Origin: Phaeocystidibacter marisrubri
GTDB taxonomy: Bacteria > Bacteroidota > Bacteroidia > Flavobacteriales > Schleiferiaceae
Direction: 5' to 3'
DNA length: 64,000 nucleotides
NCBI RefSeq assembly: GCF_008933165.1
Contig: NZ_WBVQ01000002.1
Span: 207,569 to 271,568 of the forward strand
The notes under the pieces were generated by a model. That model was not told where the DNA came from. It searched no databases and was given only the letters and a program-made list of their open reading frames with translations. A program made the position numbers and the translations under genes. Position 1 is the stretch's first letter. Each line of letters begins with the position of its first letter. Of this stretch, positions 1 through 9,141 are shown piece after piece.

Positions 1-1
1 T

Positions 2-538
2 TCGACATATTCAGAGGCCACTCTCGGCAAGGGGAATTTTGCTTTTACAGAAATGGATGAAATGGAATCCGTTCTCATTCACGAGCGCATCCCCGCTCAA
101 TTGGAACGCGTAGCTGAGGTGTATTCCAACCTGCTCGCACTTCCCGATGCAGGAATACACGCCACCGCGATTACACGCCACTGGAAAACGCGTCCTGGTC
201 AGCACATGTACATTGACTACAACCCTGGAGCACTGAGCGTTACTGCGGTTTCTAATGGATCGTTGTTGCTTCAAAACACATACGCTATTCAATCGGAAGA
301 TGACGCGTTGTACTACGTCCTTTTCGCCTACGAGCAATTGAAGTTCAATCAAGATGAAGTGCCGATGAAAGTGAGTGGTCCACTCACCGAGAATTTCGGA
401 CTGTGGAGTACTTTATCCAAGTACATCCGAAACATAGAGTGGATGGAATTCACCGGAAATATTCATCCTTCCAATGCCATTCCCATTGTAGAACTTCGCA
501 CCAACGCAGCATTAATTCAACTTCATTCATGCGGATAA
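2..538 (+). CDS. DUF3822-like protein, N-terminally truncated by the window edge
   Basis: The frame stays open from the window start to a stop at 536-538. The position just upstream of rsmD and the sequence (…YYVLFAYEQLKF…) resemble the Bacteroidetes DUF3822 family. Recognition is weak. Confidence 0.4.
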   Translation, partial: STYSEATLGKGNFAFTEMDEMESVLIHERIPAQLERVAEVYSNLLALPDAGIHATAITRHWKTRPGQHMYIDYNPGALSVTAVSNGSLLLQNTYAIQSEDDALYYVLFAYEQLKFNQDEVPMKVSGPLTENFGLWSTLSKYIRNIEWMEFTGNIHPSNAIPIVELRTNAALIQLHSCG

Positions 539-1074
539 TTAGCGGCAGACACAGAGGTAAGATCATCAAAGCTCCGGCAAAACTCCCCGTTCGTCCTACT
601 ACGGATATAGCGAAAGAGAGCTTGTTCAACATCTTGATGAACTGGTACAATTTGAATGAAGTAGAGGTACTCGACCTCTTTGCTGGGACGGGCAACTTGA
701 GCTACGAATTCGTTTCCAGAGGAGCGCGTAAGGTGGTGGCTGTCGACATCAACCCGGGCTGCACCAAGTTCATCGAAAAAACTGCTGAACAACTGGGCTA
801 CTCAGAAATTGAAGTACTGAAAGGCGATGCACTGAAGTTCGCCCAACGCACCTTGAATAAGTACGATATTGTCATTGCCGATCCTCCCTACGAATGGGAA
901 GGCCATCATGAGCTGATCGAAGCGGTTTTATCTAAGGGTCTGCTCCGCAAAGGAGGAGTATTCGTGCTTGAACACGGCATGGAAAACGATTTTTCTGATC
1001 ATCCTGATTTGCTAGACACTCGCAAGTACGGCAGTGTACACTTCGCTATTTTCGGAGAAGAATCAGAGAATTAA
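529..1074 (+). CDS. rsmD: 16S rRNA (guanine966-N2)-methyltransferase RsmD
   Basis: Starts at the internal ATG at 529 (MRIISGRHRGK…) and has the N6-MTase motif DPPY. The DLFAGTG motif resembles SAM motif I. The 181-aa length is typical of RsmD. Confidence 0.85.
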   Translation: MRIISGRHRGKIIKAPAKLPVRPTTDIAKESLFNILMNWYNLNEVEVLDLFAGTGNLSYEFVSRGARKVVAVDINPGCTKFIEKTAEQLGYSEIEVLKGDALKFAQRTLNKYDIVIADPPYEWEGHHELIEAVLSKGLLRKGGVFVLEHGMENDFSDHPDLLDTRKYGSVHFAIFGEESEN

Positions 1075-1652
1075 CCTACATTTTCGGAAAGCCAGTCAAC
1101 TAGATTTCGAATGGCCCTTCCCCGATGACTCATGGTATTCTTCTCTTTGGAAGTCATTTGAGCAAAGCTTCTCGTTTCACCTTCTGGACGAAAGATGGGA
1201 TCGTATCCAAAACCACCGTCCCCAACTGGACTCTCAAGAATAGCACCTCGAACCACTCCATCAAAAGTGTGGATGTCTCCATCTAAGAACAGACAGATCG
1301 CGGTTCTGAACTGAGCACCTCTATTCGGATTGCCGTGAAGTTCATCAATCAACTTCATCATGTTGGCTCTTGAGTCTTTGGCTGGCCCAGCGTATCGTGC
1401 GCTGTATACTCCTGGAGCACCGTCTAATGCGTCAACTTCCAGCCCGGTGTCATCGGCAAAACACGACATATTGTAGGTTCTATAGATAAACTCTGCCTTC
1501 TGGCGAGCATTGCCGTCTAGGGTAACTGCCGTTTCATTCAACTCTTCCGTATGTCCAATATCCGCCAAGCTCACCAATTCAATTCCCTCGGGCATGAGCT
1601 CTTGAACTTCCTTCAGTTTATTCTCGTTTTGCGTTGCGAATACTAGTTTCAT
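1071..1652 (-). CDS. rdgB: Non-canonical purine NTP pyrophosphatase (RdgB/HAM1 family)
   Basis: MKLVFATQNENKLKEV…FADDTGLEVDALDGAPGVYSARYAG…GFGYDPIF is the Ham1/RdgB signature. The start was moved to the internal ATG at 1650-1652. Confidence 0.85.
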   Translation of the reverse strand: MKLVFATQNENKLKEVQELMPEGIELVSLADIGHTEELNETAVTLDGNARQKAEFIYRTYNMSCFADDTGLEVDALDGAPGVYSARYAGPAKDSRANMMKLIDELHGNPNRGAQFRTAICLFLDGDIHTFDGVVRGAILESPVGDGGFGYDPIFRPEGETRSFAQMTSKEKNTMSHRGRAIRNLVDWLSENVG

Positions 1653-1793
1653 AATACTGTTTTGAATGTCAACGGTAGCATCGGTTCTATTGTTCAAACC
1701 ATTCACCGTTTCAAATGTACCACTCACCGACATCGCTTACCTAATTTCTTCCCCACCTTGTGACATTTGACTCATCAACTAAAACCGTGAGTC

Positions 1794-2135
1794 ATGAAAA
1801 CCTTTCTATTTATCCTAGCCTTTGCAATGGGAACAACTCTATCTGCGACATCTACCGCTCCACAACTGCCCGCCCCCATAAGTGTACAAATGGTGCAATG
1901 GAAAATGGAGCGCGCTAACAAACTGGTAGTATTCAACTACATCAACCCTCTAAAAGCTGATTTACAATTGAGCATTTACGGTCCCAATGGAGAACGTATC
2001 CATCTTCAAAAATTAAACGGAACAGAGAACACCAATTTGGGATTAGACCTCAGCGAGATGAGCCATGGGGAATACAGAATCACCTTAGAAAGCGGCCAAT
2101 TTCTTCTATCTGACGAAATTGTAGAGCTATATTAA
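1794..2135 (+). CDS. Small secreted hypothetical protein with a signal peptide
   Basis: There is an N-terminal hydrophobic signal (MKTFLFILAFAMGTTLSA). I recognise no domain. Confidence 0.45.
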   Translation: MKTFLFILAFAMGTTLSATSTAPQLPAPISVQMVQWKMERANKLVVFNYINPLKADLQLSIYGPNGERIHLQKLNGTENTNLGLDLSEMSHGEYRITLESGQFLLSDEIVELY

Positions 2136-2157
2136 TTTCCCTCGCTATCTTCAAACT

Positions 2158-3183
2158 GTGAAGTCCCTCAAAAAACAACTCATCGATGTGATCATCAGCA
2201 TAGGATTGGCACTGTTGTACAATCTTGTGGGTGGTATCATTCTCTCTGCGTCAAGCAATTGGGGACAGATGAATTTTGGGGCGCTTTACATCGACGTCAT
2301 CTTCTTCTTTCTCCTCTTGAAGATGCTTCGTTTTATGAGAAGGCAAAATCCAGCAAAAGCAGGGGTATCAAGTCCACTTCGCGTCATTCTCAATCGAATT
2401 GGAATCCTCTTCTTGCTGATCGTCTTTCTTCTTGGACCTGTCTTTAAATTGAAAGTAGCCACTGGAGATTACTTCACTTATGTAGCCAATAGCGTCATTT
2501 ACTTGCACATCACCGTAGCATCCGTCATTATGTTGGTGTACGTTGGATTGGACCTAGGCTACGAATTGATGGATAGTTGGCGAAAAGCAGAGGCCGAAAA
2601 GGAAAAACTTCACCGCCTCCACACCCAAGCGCAGTTTGAAAACTTAAAAGCTCAAGTCAACCCGCATTTTCTATTTAACAGTCTCAATACCCTATCTTCT
2701 CTTATTGTAGAAGATGGAGACAGAGCCCGACAATTCGTTCGTCAGCTCTCAACCGTTTATCGGTACATCCTAGAAAATCGCGAAAACGACCTAGTAGAAC
2801 TAGAAAGGGAAAAATCGCTATTTGATTCCTTTGTGTACCTCTGTCAAACTCGATTTGAAGAAAACTTCATCGTGCATGCCGAATGGCCAGAAAACCTAAA
2901 TCAGTGGTCCATTCCACCGATGACTCTTCAAATTCTGGTTGAAAACGCGATCAAGCACAATGTCATTTCAAAGCAAAAGCCGCTTACACTTTGGGTGAAT
3001 TATGATGAAGGCATCTTAAGCGTAGGCAATACCAATCAACCTAGAAGACAACTGGATTCAGGAACAGGATTTGGACTGAAGAACATCCGTGAGCGCTTTC
3101 ATCAATTGAGCGACAAGGAGGTTTCAATTATCAATCAGGACGGTAACTTTGTTGTACAACTTCCACTCATCCCAAGATCGTGA
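2158..3183 (+). CDS. LytS/YehU-family sensor histidine kinase with an HK-LytS-type H-box
   Basis: Four predicted N-terminal transmembrane helices are followed by the His_kinase motif QAQFENLKAQVNPHFLFNSLNTLSSLI and an HATPase region (…NAIKHN…GTGFGL…). Confidence 0.85.
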   Translation: MKSLKKQLIDVIISIGLALLYNLVGGIILSASSNWGQMNFGALYIDVIFFFLLLKMLRFMRRQNPAKAGVSSPLRVILNRIGILFLLIVFLLGPVFKLKVATGDYFTYVANSVIYLHITVASVIMLVYVGLDLGYELMDSWRKAEAEKEKLHRLHTQAQFENLKAQVNPHFLFNSLNTLSSLIVEDGDRARQFVRQLSTVYRYILENRENDLVELEREKSLFDSFVYLCQTRFEENFIVHAEWPENLNQWSIPPMTLQILVENAIKHNVISKQKPLTLWVNYDEGILSVGNTNQPRRQLDSGTGFGLKNIRERFHQLSDKEVSIINQDGNFVVQLPLIPRS

Positions 3184-3932
3184 TTAGAGCGCTTATCATA
3201 GAAGACGAACCTCATGCACAGAGAGAACTTCAACGTTTGTTAGAAGATCTTTCACAAAGCGTATCCGTGGTTGCCATTGCTGATAGTGTGGAGGAAGCCA
3301 TTGTTGTTATTGAAGCCCATCGGGAAGTGGATATTATCTTCATGGATATTCAATTATCAGACGGATTGAGCTTTGACATCTTTGAACGTATTGAGGTTAC
3401 TTCTCCAGTCGTTTTCACTACGGCCTTTGACGAGTATGCCATTCGAGCATTTAAGGTGAACAGTGTGGATTATCTGTTAAAGCCAATTATGCCCGAAGCC
3501 CTTCAGGCGGCGGTAGACAAATTTGTACAGCACTCCAACCCCAAAGTTGATTTTGAAAAGTTGATTGCGGCCTTTACTCCTGCAAAATCGAGTTACCGAG
3601 AGCGGTGGGCTGTTCGTGTTGGCGAAAAATTGAAACGCTTTACACAAGAAGACATTGCTTACTTCTACGCGGATGACGATGCTTTGTACCTTGTTCCAAA
3701 TACGGGGCCCGCGGTAATTATTGAAGGTACCCTTCAACAAATGTGCGAAACACTCGACCCCAAACACTTCTTCCAAATCAGCAGAAAACTCATCATCTCC
3801 TACCCGTGTATTCAAAAGGTTGAAAAGTATGGGAGCTCTCAATACGCCTTAGAAGTTCATCCGTCCTTTCCTGAGCGTGTATTAGTGAGCAGAAGTAGAA
3901 TGAAAGACTTTAATCAGTGGTTGAATCAATGA
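3180..3932 (+). CDS. LytTR-family response regulator
   Basis: It has a REC domain (…EDEPHAQ…DIIFMDIQLSDGLSFDI…) and a C-terminal LytTR DNA-binding domain. It uses a GTG start that overlaps the kinase stop codon (…GTGA…), so the two are probably translationally coupled. Confidence 0.85.
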   Translation: MIRALIIEDEPHAQRELQRLLEDLSQSVSVVAIADSVEEAIVVIEAHREVDIIFMDIQLSDGLSFDIFERIEVTSPVVFTTAFDEYAIRAFKVNSVDYLLKPIMPEALQAAVDKFVQHSNPKVDFEKLIAAFTPAKSSYRERWAVRVGEKLKRFTQEDIAYFYADDDALYLVPNTGPAVIIEGTLQQMCETLDPKHFFQISRKLIISYPCIQKVEKYGSSQYALEVHPSFPERVLVSRSRMKDFNQWLNQ

Positions 3933-4918
3933 GAGCCTTGTTCAAATATATCAGTCTTCTCCTATTGGTCGCTTCTTGCCAAGATCCACTAGTTTTGAAT
4001 ATCGAGCAGATTCCGGTTGAAACCCCCATGAACGCACCTATTTACGTGGCTGGGAATTTTAATGGATGGAATCCTGGAGATCCGTCGTTCCAAGTAAAAA
4101 GAACGCCTACAGGAGGTGGAACCGTTGAAATCCCCAGAGGCATTGGTCATATTGAATTCAAGTTTACCAGAGGAGATTGGAATAGTGTGGAGGTAGATAG
4201 TTGTGGAAAAGACATCGACAATCGCTTCTTGGCCGACTTAGACATCTCTCAGCTAAACATTCGCATTCAACAATGGCAAGACCGAGCCAAGGTGATCTGC
4301 GATGGAATTGAACTATACATCCGAGTACCTGAGGAAACGGCCTTTCCGAATGAAATCTACCTATCTGGAGAGTTCAACAACTGGGAATTAGCCGATGATC
4401 AATACAGGGCGGTCCACTTGGGAGGTCAGAATTACAAAATCACCTTACCTTCTCGCTTGGCAGGATCAGCATACAAGATCAATAGAGGTACGTGGAACAC
4501 TGTGGAAGTCTCTGCGAAAGGGGAAGACATCGAAGAGCGTCATCTCAACAAATCCGGTACACAGCGCATCCTCATTCAAAACTGGAAAGATCTGTGTATG
4601 CAAACCCATCCCTATCGCTACTTGTGCCTAGTTGAGCTTCCCGCCAATACGCCGGAGGATGCGGAATTCTACATGGCTTCGAGCATCAACGGTTGGAACC
4701 CTGCCGACGGGGTCTATAGATTCGAACGCATGGAGAACGGCACTCCGATCTTGCGTATCCCCATTCAATCTGAAAACATTGAATTCAAAATAACGCGGGG
4801 TGATGATTGGAAAACAGTGGAAGTGAATCGAGATGGTTATGAAATCAGCAACCGCATACTGCCATTTGGAATAAAGGATACCATCCCGATTCGAGTAGAG
4901 GGATGGAATGATTTGTAA
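3929..4918 (+). CDS. Secreted/lipoprotein with three tandem ~100-aa CBM20/CBM48-like repeats
   Basis: A signal peptide with a cysteine (LLLVASCQD) is followed by three repeats containing the GxFNxW motif (AGNFNGWNP, SGEFNNWEL, SSINGWNP), each ending …RG(D/T)WN(S/T)VEV. The ATG at 3929 overlaps the regulator stop codon by 4 nt. Confidence 0.6.
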   Translation: MRALFKYISLLLLVASCQDPLVLNIEQIPVETPMNAPIYVAGNFNGWNPGDPSFQVKRTPTGGGTVEIPRGIGHIEFKFTRGDWNSVEVDSCGKDIDNRFLADLDISQLNIRIQQWQDRAKVICDGIELYIRVPEETAFPNEIYLSGEFNNWELADDQYRAVHLGGQNYKITLPSRLAGSAYKINRGTWNTVEVSAKGEDIEERHLNKSGTQRILIQNWKDLCMQTHPYRYLCLVELPANTPEDAEFYMASSINGWNPADGVYRFERMENGTPILRIPIQSENIEFKITRGDDWKTVEVNRDGYEISNRILPFGIKDTIPIRVEGWNDL

Positions 4919-5779
4919 TCACAAGGTGCTCTCAGCGCGGCGAATCGCCCACCTATCCTTGTAGTCTATCCAATCTTGCCCTCCGATTTTTCTCGCTACA
5001 TTATCGATTTGGCGCATCACAGCCACGTTGTACAGCCCTTTCAACTTGCTAGAAAACCTGCTGTCTAAAGCGCGTAAGGAAAGCGAAAAACTCGGTGTCA
5101 AATACTTCATGTAATGCCACCATCCCGAAGGCATGAACAGGGTATCACCATGACCTAAATGGGCTTCCAACCCCTTCACATTCGCAAGCGCTGGCCACTT
5201 TTCAAAATCTGGATTATCAATGTCGATATCCTCTACATTGTGGACCGCAAATGGGATTTTGTAAAGTTCCTTCTTGTATTTGTGATCAAATAGAATCGCC
5301 TTCTTCTCCCCCACAAAATTTGTATGGAAAACGTGACTCATATCGATGTCATAGTGCAAGAAAACATTCGAACCCTCTCCTCCAAAGAACATCATAGGAA
5401 ACGATTTCAAAACGCGAGGTGCCCATTCAGGTGCGGTAAAATCATCACAAAGTTCAGGAACATACTTGAAGATATTGTAGAGGAAAATTCGCAATTCCGT
5501 TGGACCGCTCTCCAGAATGTCAATGTAGTCCGACATCTTCATTTCGGCAATCGGTTCATTCACCTTCTTCGAATAATCTACTTTTGAGTTATCATAAAGA
5601 GGTACGATATGATCTCCTGCCACGGAGCGAATGAAATCCATATCCCACTTTTCTAAAGCCGGCCAACCATTCGCGAAATCTTCTAGAATAACGGGTCGCT
5701 TGGGTCGTAAATATTCCCGAACAAAGGTTTCCTTATCCAGACCTTTTACCCGAGGAATGGGTTCTAATTCAAATCCCAT
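4919..5779 (-). CDS. Cupin-like / JmjC-domain protein, a putative 2-oxoglutarate/Fe(II) hydroxylase
   Basis: The N-terminus (…FVREYLRPKRPVILEDFANGWPALEKWD…) has JmjC/cupin-8 architecture, and the HxD…H-like residues (…HYDIDMSHVFHTNF…) fit. Confidence 0.7.
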   Translation of the reverse strand: MGFELEPIPRVKGLDKETFVREYLRPKRPVILEDFANGWPALEKWDMDFIRSVAGDHIVPLYDNSKVDYSKKVNEPIAEMKMSDYIDILESGPTELRIFLYNIFKYVPELCDDFTAPEWAPRVLKSFPMMFFGGEGSNVFLHYDIDMSHVFHTNFVGEKKAILFDHKYKKELYKIPFAVHNVEDIDIDNPDFEKWPALANVKGLEAHLGHGDTLFMPSGWWHYMKYLTPSFSLSLRALDSRFSSKLKGLYNVAVMRQIDNVARKIGGQDWIDYKDRWAIRRAESTL

Positions 5780-5829
5780 TTAAGTTTGGTTTATCTTCAA
5801 CAGGTTTAATAGAGAAGGTTACTCTAACG

Positions 5830-7236
5830 ATGAATATACGTCAAATTCCATACATTCTTGGACCCGCTTTATTCGGACTTTCTACCTACCTGCCTTCCCA
5901 TGCGTTTAGCGAACCTGAAAAGCTAATGGTGGGTGTTTTAGCTTGGATGCTAGTATGGTGGATAACAGAAATCGTCAACTTGGCGGTTACAGCATTGCTT
6001 CCCATTTTGCTGCTTCCTGCCACCGGAGTTTTGCCGTTAAAGGAAGTAACACAATCCTATGGTCATCCGTTGATCTATCTATTCTTTGGAGGCTTTGTAC
6101 TCGCTCTAGCGATCGAAAAGTGGAATTTGCACAGGAGAATTGCGCTGTGGATCATCCGAAGTATTGGCGCTTCCCCCAAAAGAATCTTATTGGGTTTTAT
6201 GCTTGCCACTGCTTTTTTGAGCGCCTGGATTTCCAATACGGCAACCACAGTGATGATGTTACCTATGGTTCTCAGTGTGATTCAATTGCTCCAAAAGGCG
6301 GGGTTTGAAGATCACAAGACGAACATTGCCTTGCTGGTAGGAACCGCATGGGCTGCGAATATCGGCGGAATGTCAACCTTAATAGGCACACCTCCCAACC
6401 TCGTTTTCACAGGGTTTTATCAAGCTGAACTAGGCGTAGAAATTTCCTTTGCTGAATGGCTCAAAGTAGGCCTACCGATAGCGGCAACCCTATTTGCGAT
6501 GGCCTATTTCATCTTGACCTTAATTTTGGGAAAAGGGTCGAAGACGAACCAAAGTATCAAAGCCTACTTTAACCGAGAATGGGATAAATTGGGTCCACTG
6601 GATGGACCCGAGAGAAAAGTAGCAATTGTATTTGCATCCACCGCTGCATTGTGGATTTTCCGCCCCAATATCCTAGAATTTATCCCAATTCCCGAATTCA
6701 CAGATACAAGCGTTGCGATTTTGTCGGCCTTAGTTCTATTCGTAATCCCTGCTCATTCCGACAAACCGCTTTTGGTATGGAAAGACACTCGAAAGCTCGC
6801 TTGGGGAATCTTGGTGCTATTTGGAGGTGGAATGGCGCTTGCTCAAGGGATGAATGCCTCTGGACTACTGTCCCATGTGACCGACCTATTTTCAGATCAG
6901 TCGGAGTCATCCATGTTGTTCTGGATCTTATCGATGGCCGTCCTAGGCGTTTGGGCAACGGAAGTCATGAGTAATATGGCGCTCGTGGCAGCCATGATGC
7001 CCATCGTTGCCGCGATATCCGTCGCGACCAATGTAGACTTCATGCTACTCGCACTTCCACTAACTCTTGGAGCCAGTTGTGCTTTCATGCTCCCCATGGC
7101 CACACCTCCCAACGCCATTGTTTTTGGCAGTGGTATGTTGAAGATCATCGACATGGTGAAAAGCGGAATCTGGATGAACATGGCAGCAACCCTAGTTATT
7201 ACTGCCATTGTCTATGTGATGTCCCTCTTTCTTTAA
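5830..7236 (+). CDS. SLC13/DASS-family anion:sodium symporter
   Basis: It is a polytopic membrane protein of 468 aa with duplicated SNTAT/…PPN… motifs (WISNTATTVMMLP, GTPPNLVF, ATPPNAIVFGSG) that are typical of DASS permeases. Confidence 0.8.
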   Translation: MNIRQIPYILGPALFGLSTYLPSHAFSEPEKLMVGVLAWMLVWWITEIVNLAVTALLPILLLPATGVLPLKEVTQSYGHPLIYLFFGGFVLALAIEKWNLHRRIALWIIRSIGASPKRILLGFMLATAFLSAWISNTATTVMMLPMVLSVIQLLQKAGFEDHKTNIALLVGTAWAANIGGMSTLIGTPPNLVFTGFYQAELGVEISFAEWLKVGLPIAATLFAMAYFILTLILGKGSKTNQSIKAYFNREWDKLGPLDGPERKVAIVFASTAALWIFRPNILEFIPIPEFTDTSVAILSALVLFVIPAHSDKPLLVWKDTRKLAWGILVLFGGGMALAQGMNASGLLSHVTDLFSDQSESSMLFWILSMAVLGVWATEVMSNMALVAAMMPIVAAISVATNVDFMLLALPLTLGASCAFMLPMATPPNAIVFGSGMLKIIDMVKSGIWMNMAATLVITAIVYVMSLFL

Positions 7237-8165
7237 ACCGGAGCAATCACCTGGTGGCGTTCCTCTATGAGTTTTTCCGGCACAGAGGCGCGAACGGCTG
7301 CCGCAATTTTCTCAATGACGCCAATTTTCAATTGGGTTCTACTGTAAACCACACTGATCTCGCGAGTGGGACGTGGTTCCGCAATCGGCTTGATCATAGA
7401 GCTCAAGCTTTCAGGTAAATCCAATGCCGTTAGATAAGGCAATAGCGTCATACCATATCCTTGTTGAGCTAAGCGGATAAGAGTGTCAAAATTCCCAGAC
7501 TCCAATCGGACAGGCTTTTCTTCACGAAGTGTGGATTGATCACACAAATTGAGTACGCTGTTTCGGAAACAATGCCCCTCGTTCAACAGTAGTAGATCAT
7601 TGATATCGAGTTCACTATTCGTGATAAACTTCTCCTTGCCCAGTCTGTGATTCTCAGGAATAAAAGCCATAAAAGGTTCAAAATACAGAGGCATTTCAAT
7701 GATTCCGCGCTCATCCAGTGGTGTTGCGAGAATTCCCGCATCCAATTGATCCTTACGCAGTCTTTCAATGATGGTATCCGTTTGTAATTCTTCAATCACA
7801 AAGCGAACTTGAGGCAAGATCTTTCTAATTCTTGGCAGCACGCGATGCAGCAAGTATGGAGCAACCGTTGGAATAACTCCTAAATAAAACTCGCCCTCAT
7901 AATGGCCCATCGCCTCTTGAGTAATCTGCTCAATTCTCCCCATTTCATGGAGAACTACGCGGGCTTGCTCAATAATTCGCTTGCCAATTTCGGTAGGGGT
8001 TACCGGCTGCTTCGATCGATCAAAAACCAGTACACCAAGCTCTTCCTCCAGTTTGTGAACCTGCATGGAAAGTGTGGGTTGGGTGACATGGCAAGCTTCT
8101 GCGGCTCTTGCAAAATGTCGGTGATTGTCGAGTTCTACTATGTAGTGAAGCTGAACGGTTGTCAT
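7233..8165 (-). CDS. LysR-family transcriptional regulator (OxyR-like)
   Basis: There is an N-terminal LysR HTH (…LHYIVELDNHRHFARAAEACHVTQPTLSMQVHKLEEELGVLVFDRS…) and a LysR substrate-binding domain. Confidence 0.8.
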   Translation of the reverse strand: MTTVQLHYIVELDNHRHFARAAEACHVTQPTLSMQVHKLEEELGVLVFDRSKQPVTPTEIGKRIIEQARVVLHEMGRIEQITQEAMGHYEGEFYLGVIPTVAPYLLHRVLPRIRKILPQVRFVIEELQTDTIIERLRKDQLDAGILATPLDERGIIEMPLYFEPFMAFIPENHRLGKEKFITNSELDINDLLLLNEGHCFRNSVLNLCDQSTLREEKPVRLESGNFDTLIRLAQQGYGMTLLPYLTALDLPESLSSMIKPIAEPRPTREISVVYSRTQLKIGVIEKIAAAVRASVPEKLIEERHQVIAPV

Positions 8166-8226
8166 TTCAATTTGCCTTGATCGTCTATAATGATTTCAAA
8201 GTTATTGAAACTATTTATTAGACCGC

Positions 8227-9141
8227 CTAAAAAAGCCAACGAAATGGCAGCGGGAGATTCACTTTTCTAAGGTGGTAGTAATTGTCTTCTCTCGCTCCAA
8301 ATCCGGCATAGAACTTTCGGATGCCTGGAACATTACTGCCTTCAAAATCGAAGCATTTTAAATGCCCGGATTGATAGACGAGATATTCATTGATCAGATA
8401 AGTAAGTGCATGTGTATCTCGCCCAAATTCATCGGTTGCAGTAAACAGCAGCGTAGCTCTTCCCTTGTATTCCATGATGAATGCTCCGGCTGTGGCCGAG
8501 TTGTGTTCGTCGTGAATGGTCCAAACTCGCCCTGCTTTCTTGTGAATCAGGACATGCATTAAGTGTGTCATCTTCTGGTAGAAATCGTCAGACACACTGT
8601 ACTTATTCGCTTGATTCTCCTTGAACAATCGGATGAGTACTTCCGGCGGATCGTACTCGAAGATCTTGAAATTCTGCTTCTGGGCTTTCTTTAAGTTTCG
8701 CTTGGTTTGAGAAGAGAAACGACGATAGATTCCCTCATACGTATCCTCCAATTCCAAGAGCAAATTTACCTGCTCACTCTTCTTCCAAGAGGAATCGAGC
8801 TCTTCCACTGCATTGGACGAATTGGTGAACACATCCATCAACTTGTACTTTGATGGGATGGCTTCTAAAAATGCTTTGAATCGATCGGGATCGTCGGCTT
8901 TTTCCCCTGTGAGGCCCAATTGCTGAACCCCGGTGGGTCGGAAGATATAGGGAACCGAATATTTAGACCGATATACTAAAGGCATTACGGCTTCGTAGTC
9001 GTTCAACACCAGTGCATCCCAGTCTTCTCCTAAAATATCGAGATACCAAGATGTGGAGTACACCAATCCATTCTCAGCGCGATGGACGCACGCATCCCAT
9101 TTATCCGTGTCTAAGTCAGCAGCTTTTACGTATCTAATCAT
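8227..9141 (-). CDS. FemAB-like / GNAT-fold family protein
   Basis: It resembles the Bacteroidetes family annotated as GNAT N-acetyltransferase (Acetyltransf_6/FemAB-like). Its stop overlaps the start of the next gene downstream. Confidence 0.5.
   Translation of the reverse strand: MIRYVKAADLDTDKWDACVHRAENGLVYSTSWYLDILGEDWDALVLNDYEAVMPLVYRSKYSVPYIFRPTGVQQLGLTGEKADDPDRFKAFLEAIPSKYKLMDVFTNSSNAVEELDSSWKKSEQVNLLLELEDTYEGIYRRFSSQTKRNLKKAQKQNFKIFEYDPPEVLIRLFKENQANKYSVSDDFYQKMTHLMHVLIHKKAGRVWTIHDEHNSATAGAFIMEYKGRATLLFTATDEFGRDTHALTYLINEYLVYQSGHLKCFDFEGSNVPGIRKFYAGFGAREDNYYHLRKVNLPLPFRWLF

Noticed and set aside
11-352. A 113-aa ORF on the minus strand at the window start
   Set aside because: It overlaps a longer plus-strand reading frame that stays open to the window edge and whose product resembles the DUF3822 family found upstream of rsmD. 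The minus ORF has low-complexity composition and is probably spurious.
3917-3928. The track start (GTG at 3917) for the triple-repeat protein
   Set aside because: An in-frame ATG at 3929 overlaps the regulator stop codon (ATGA) and still yields a good signal peptide, so I prefer it. The upstream GTG is not excluded.
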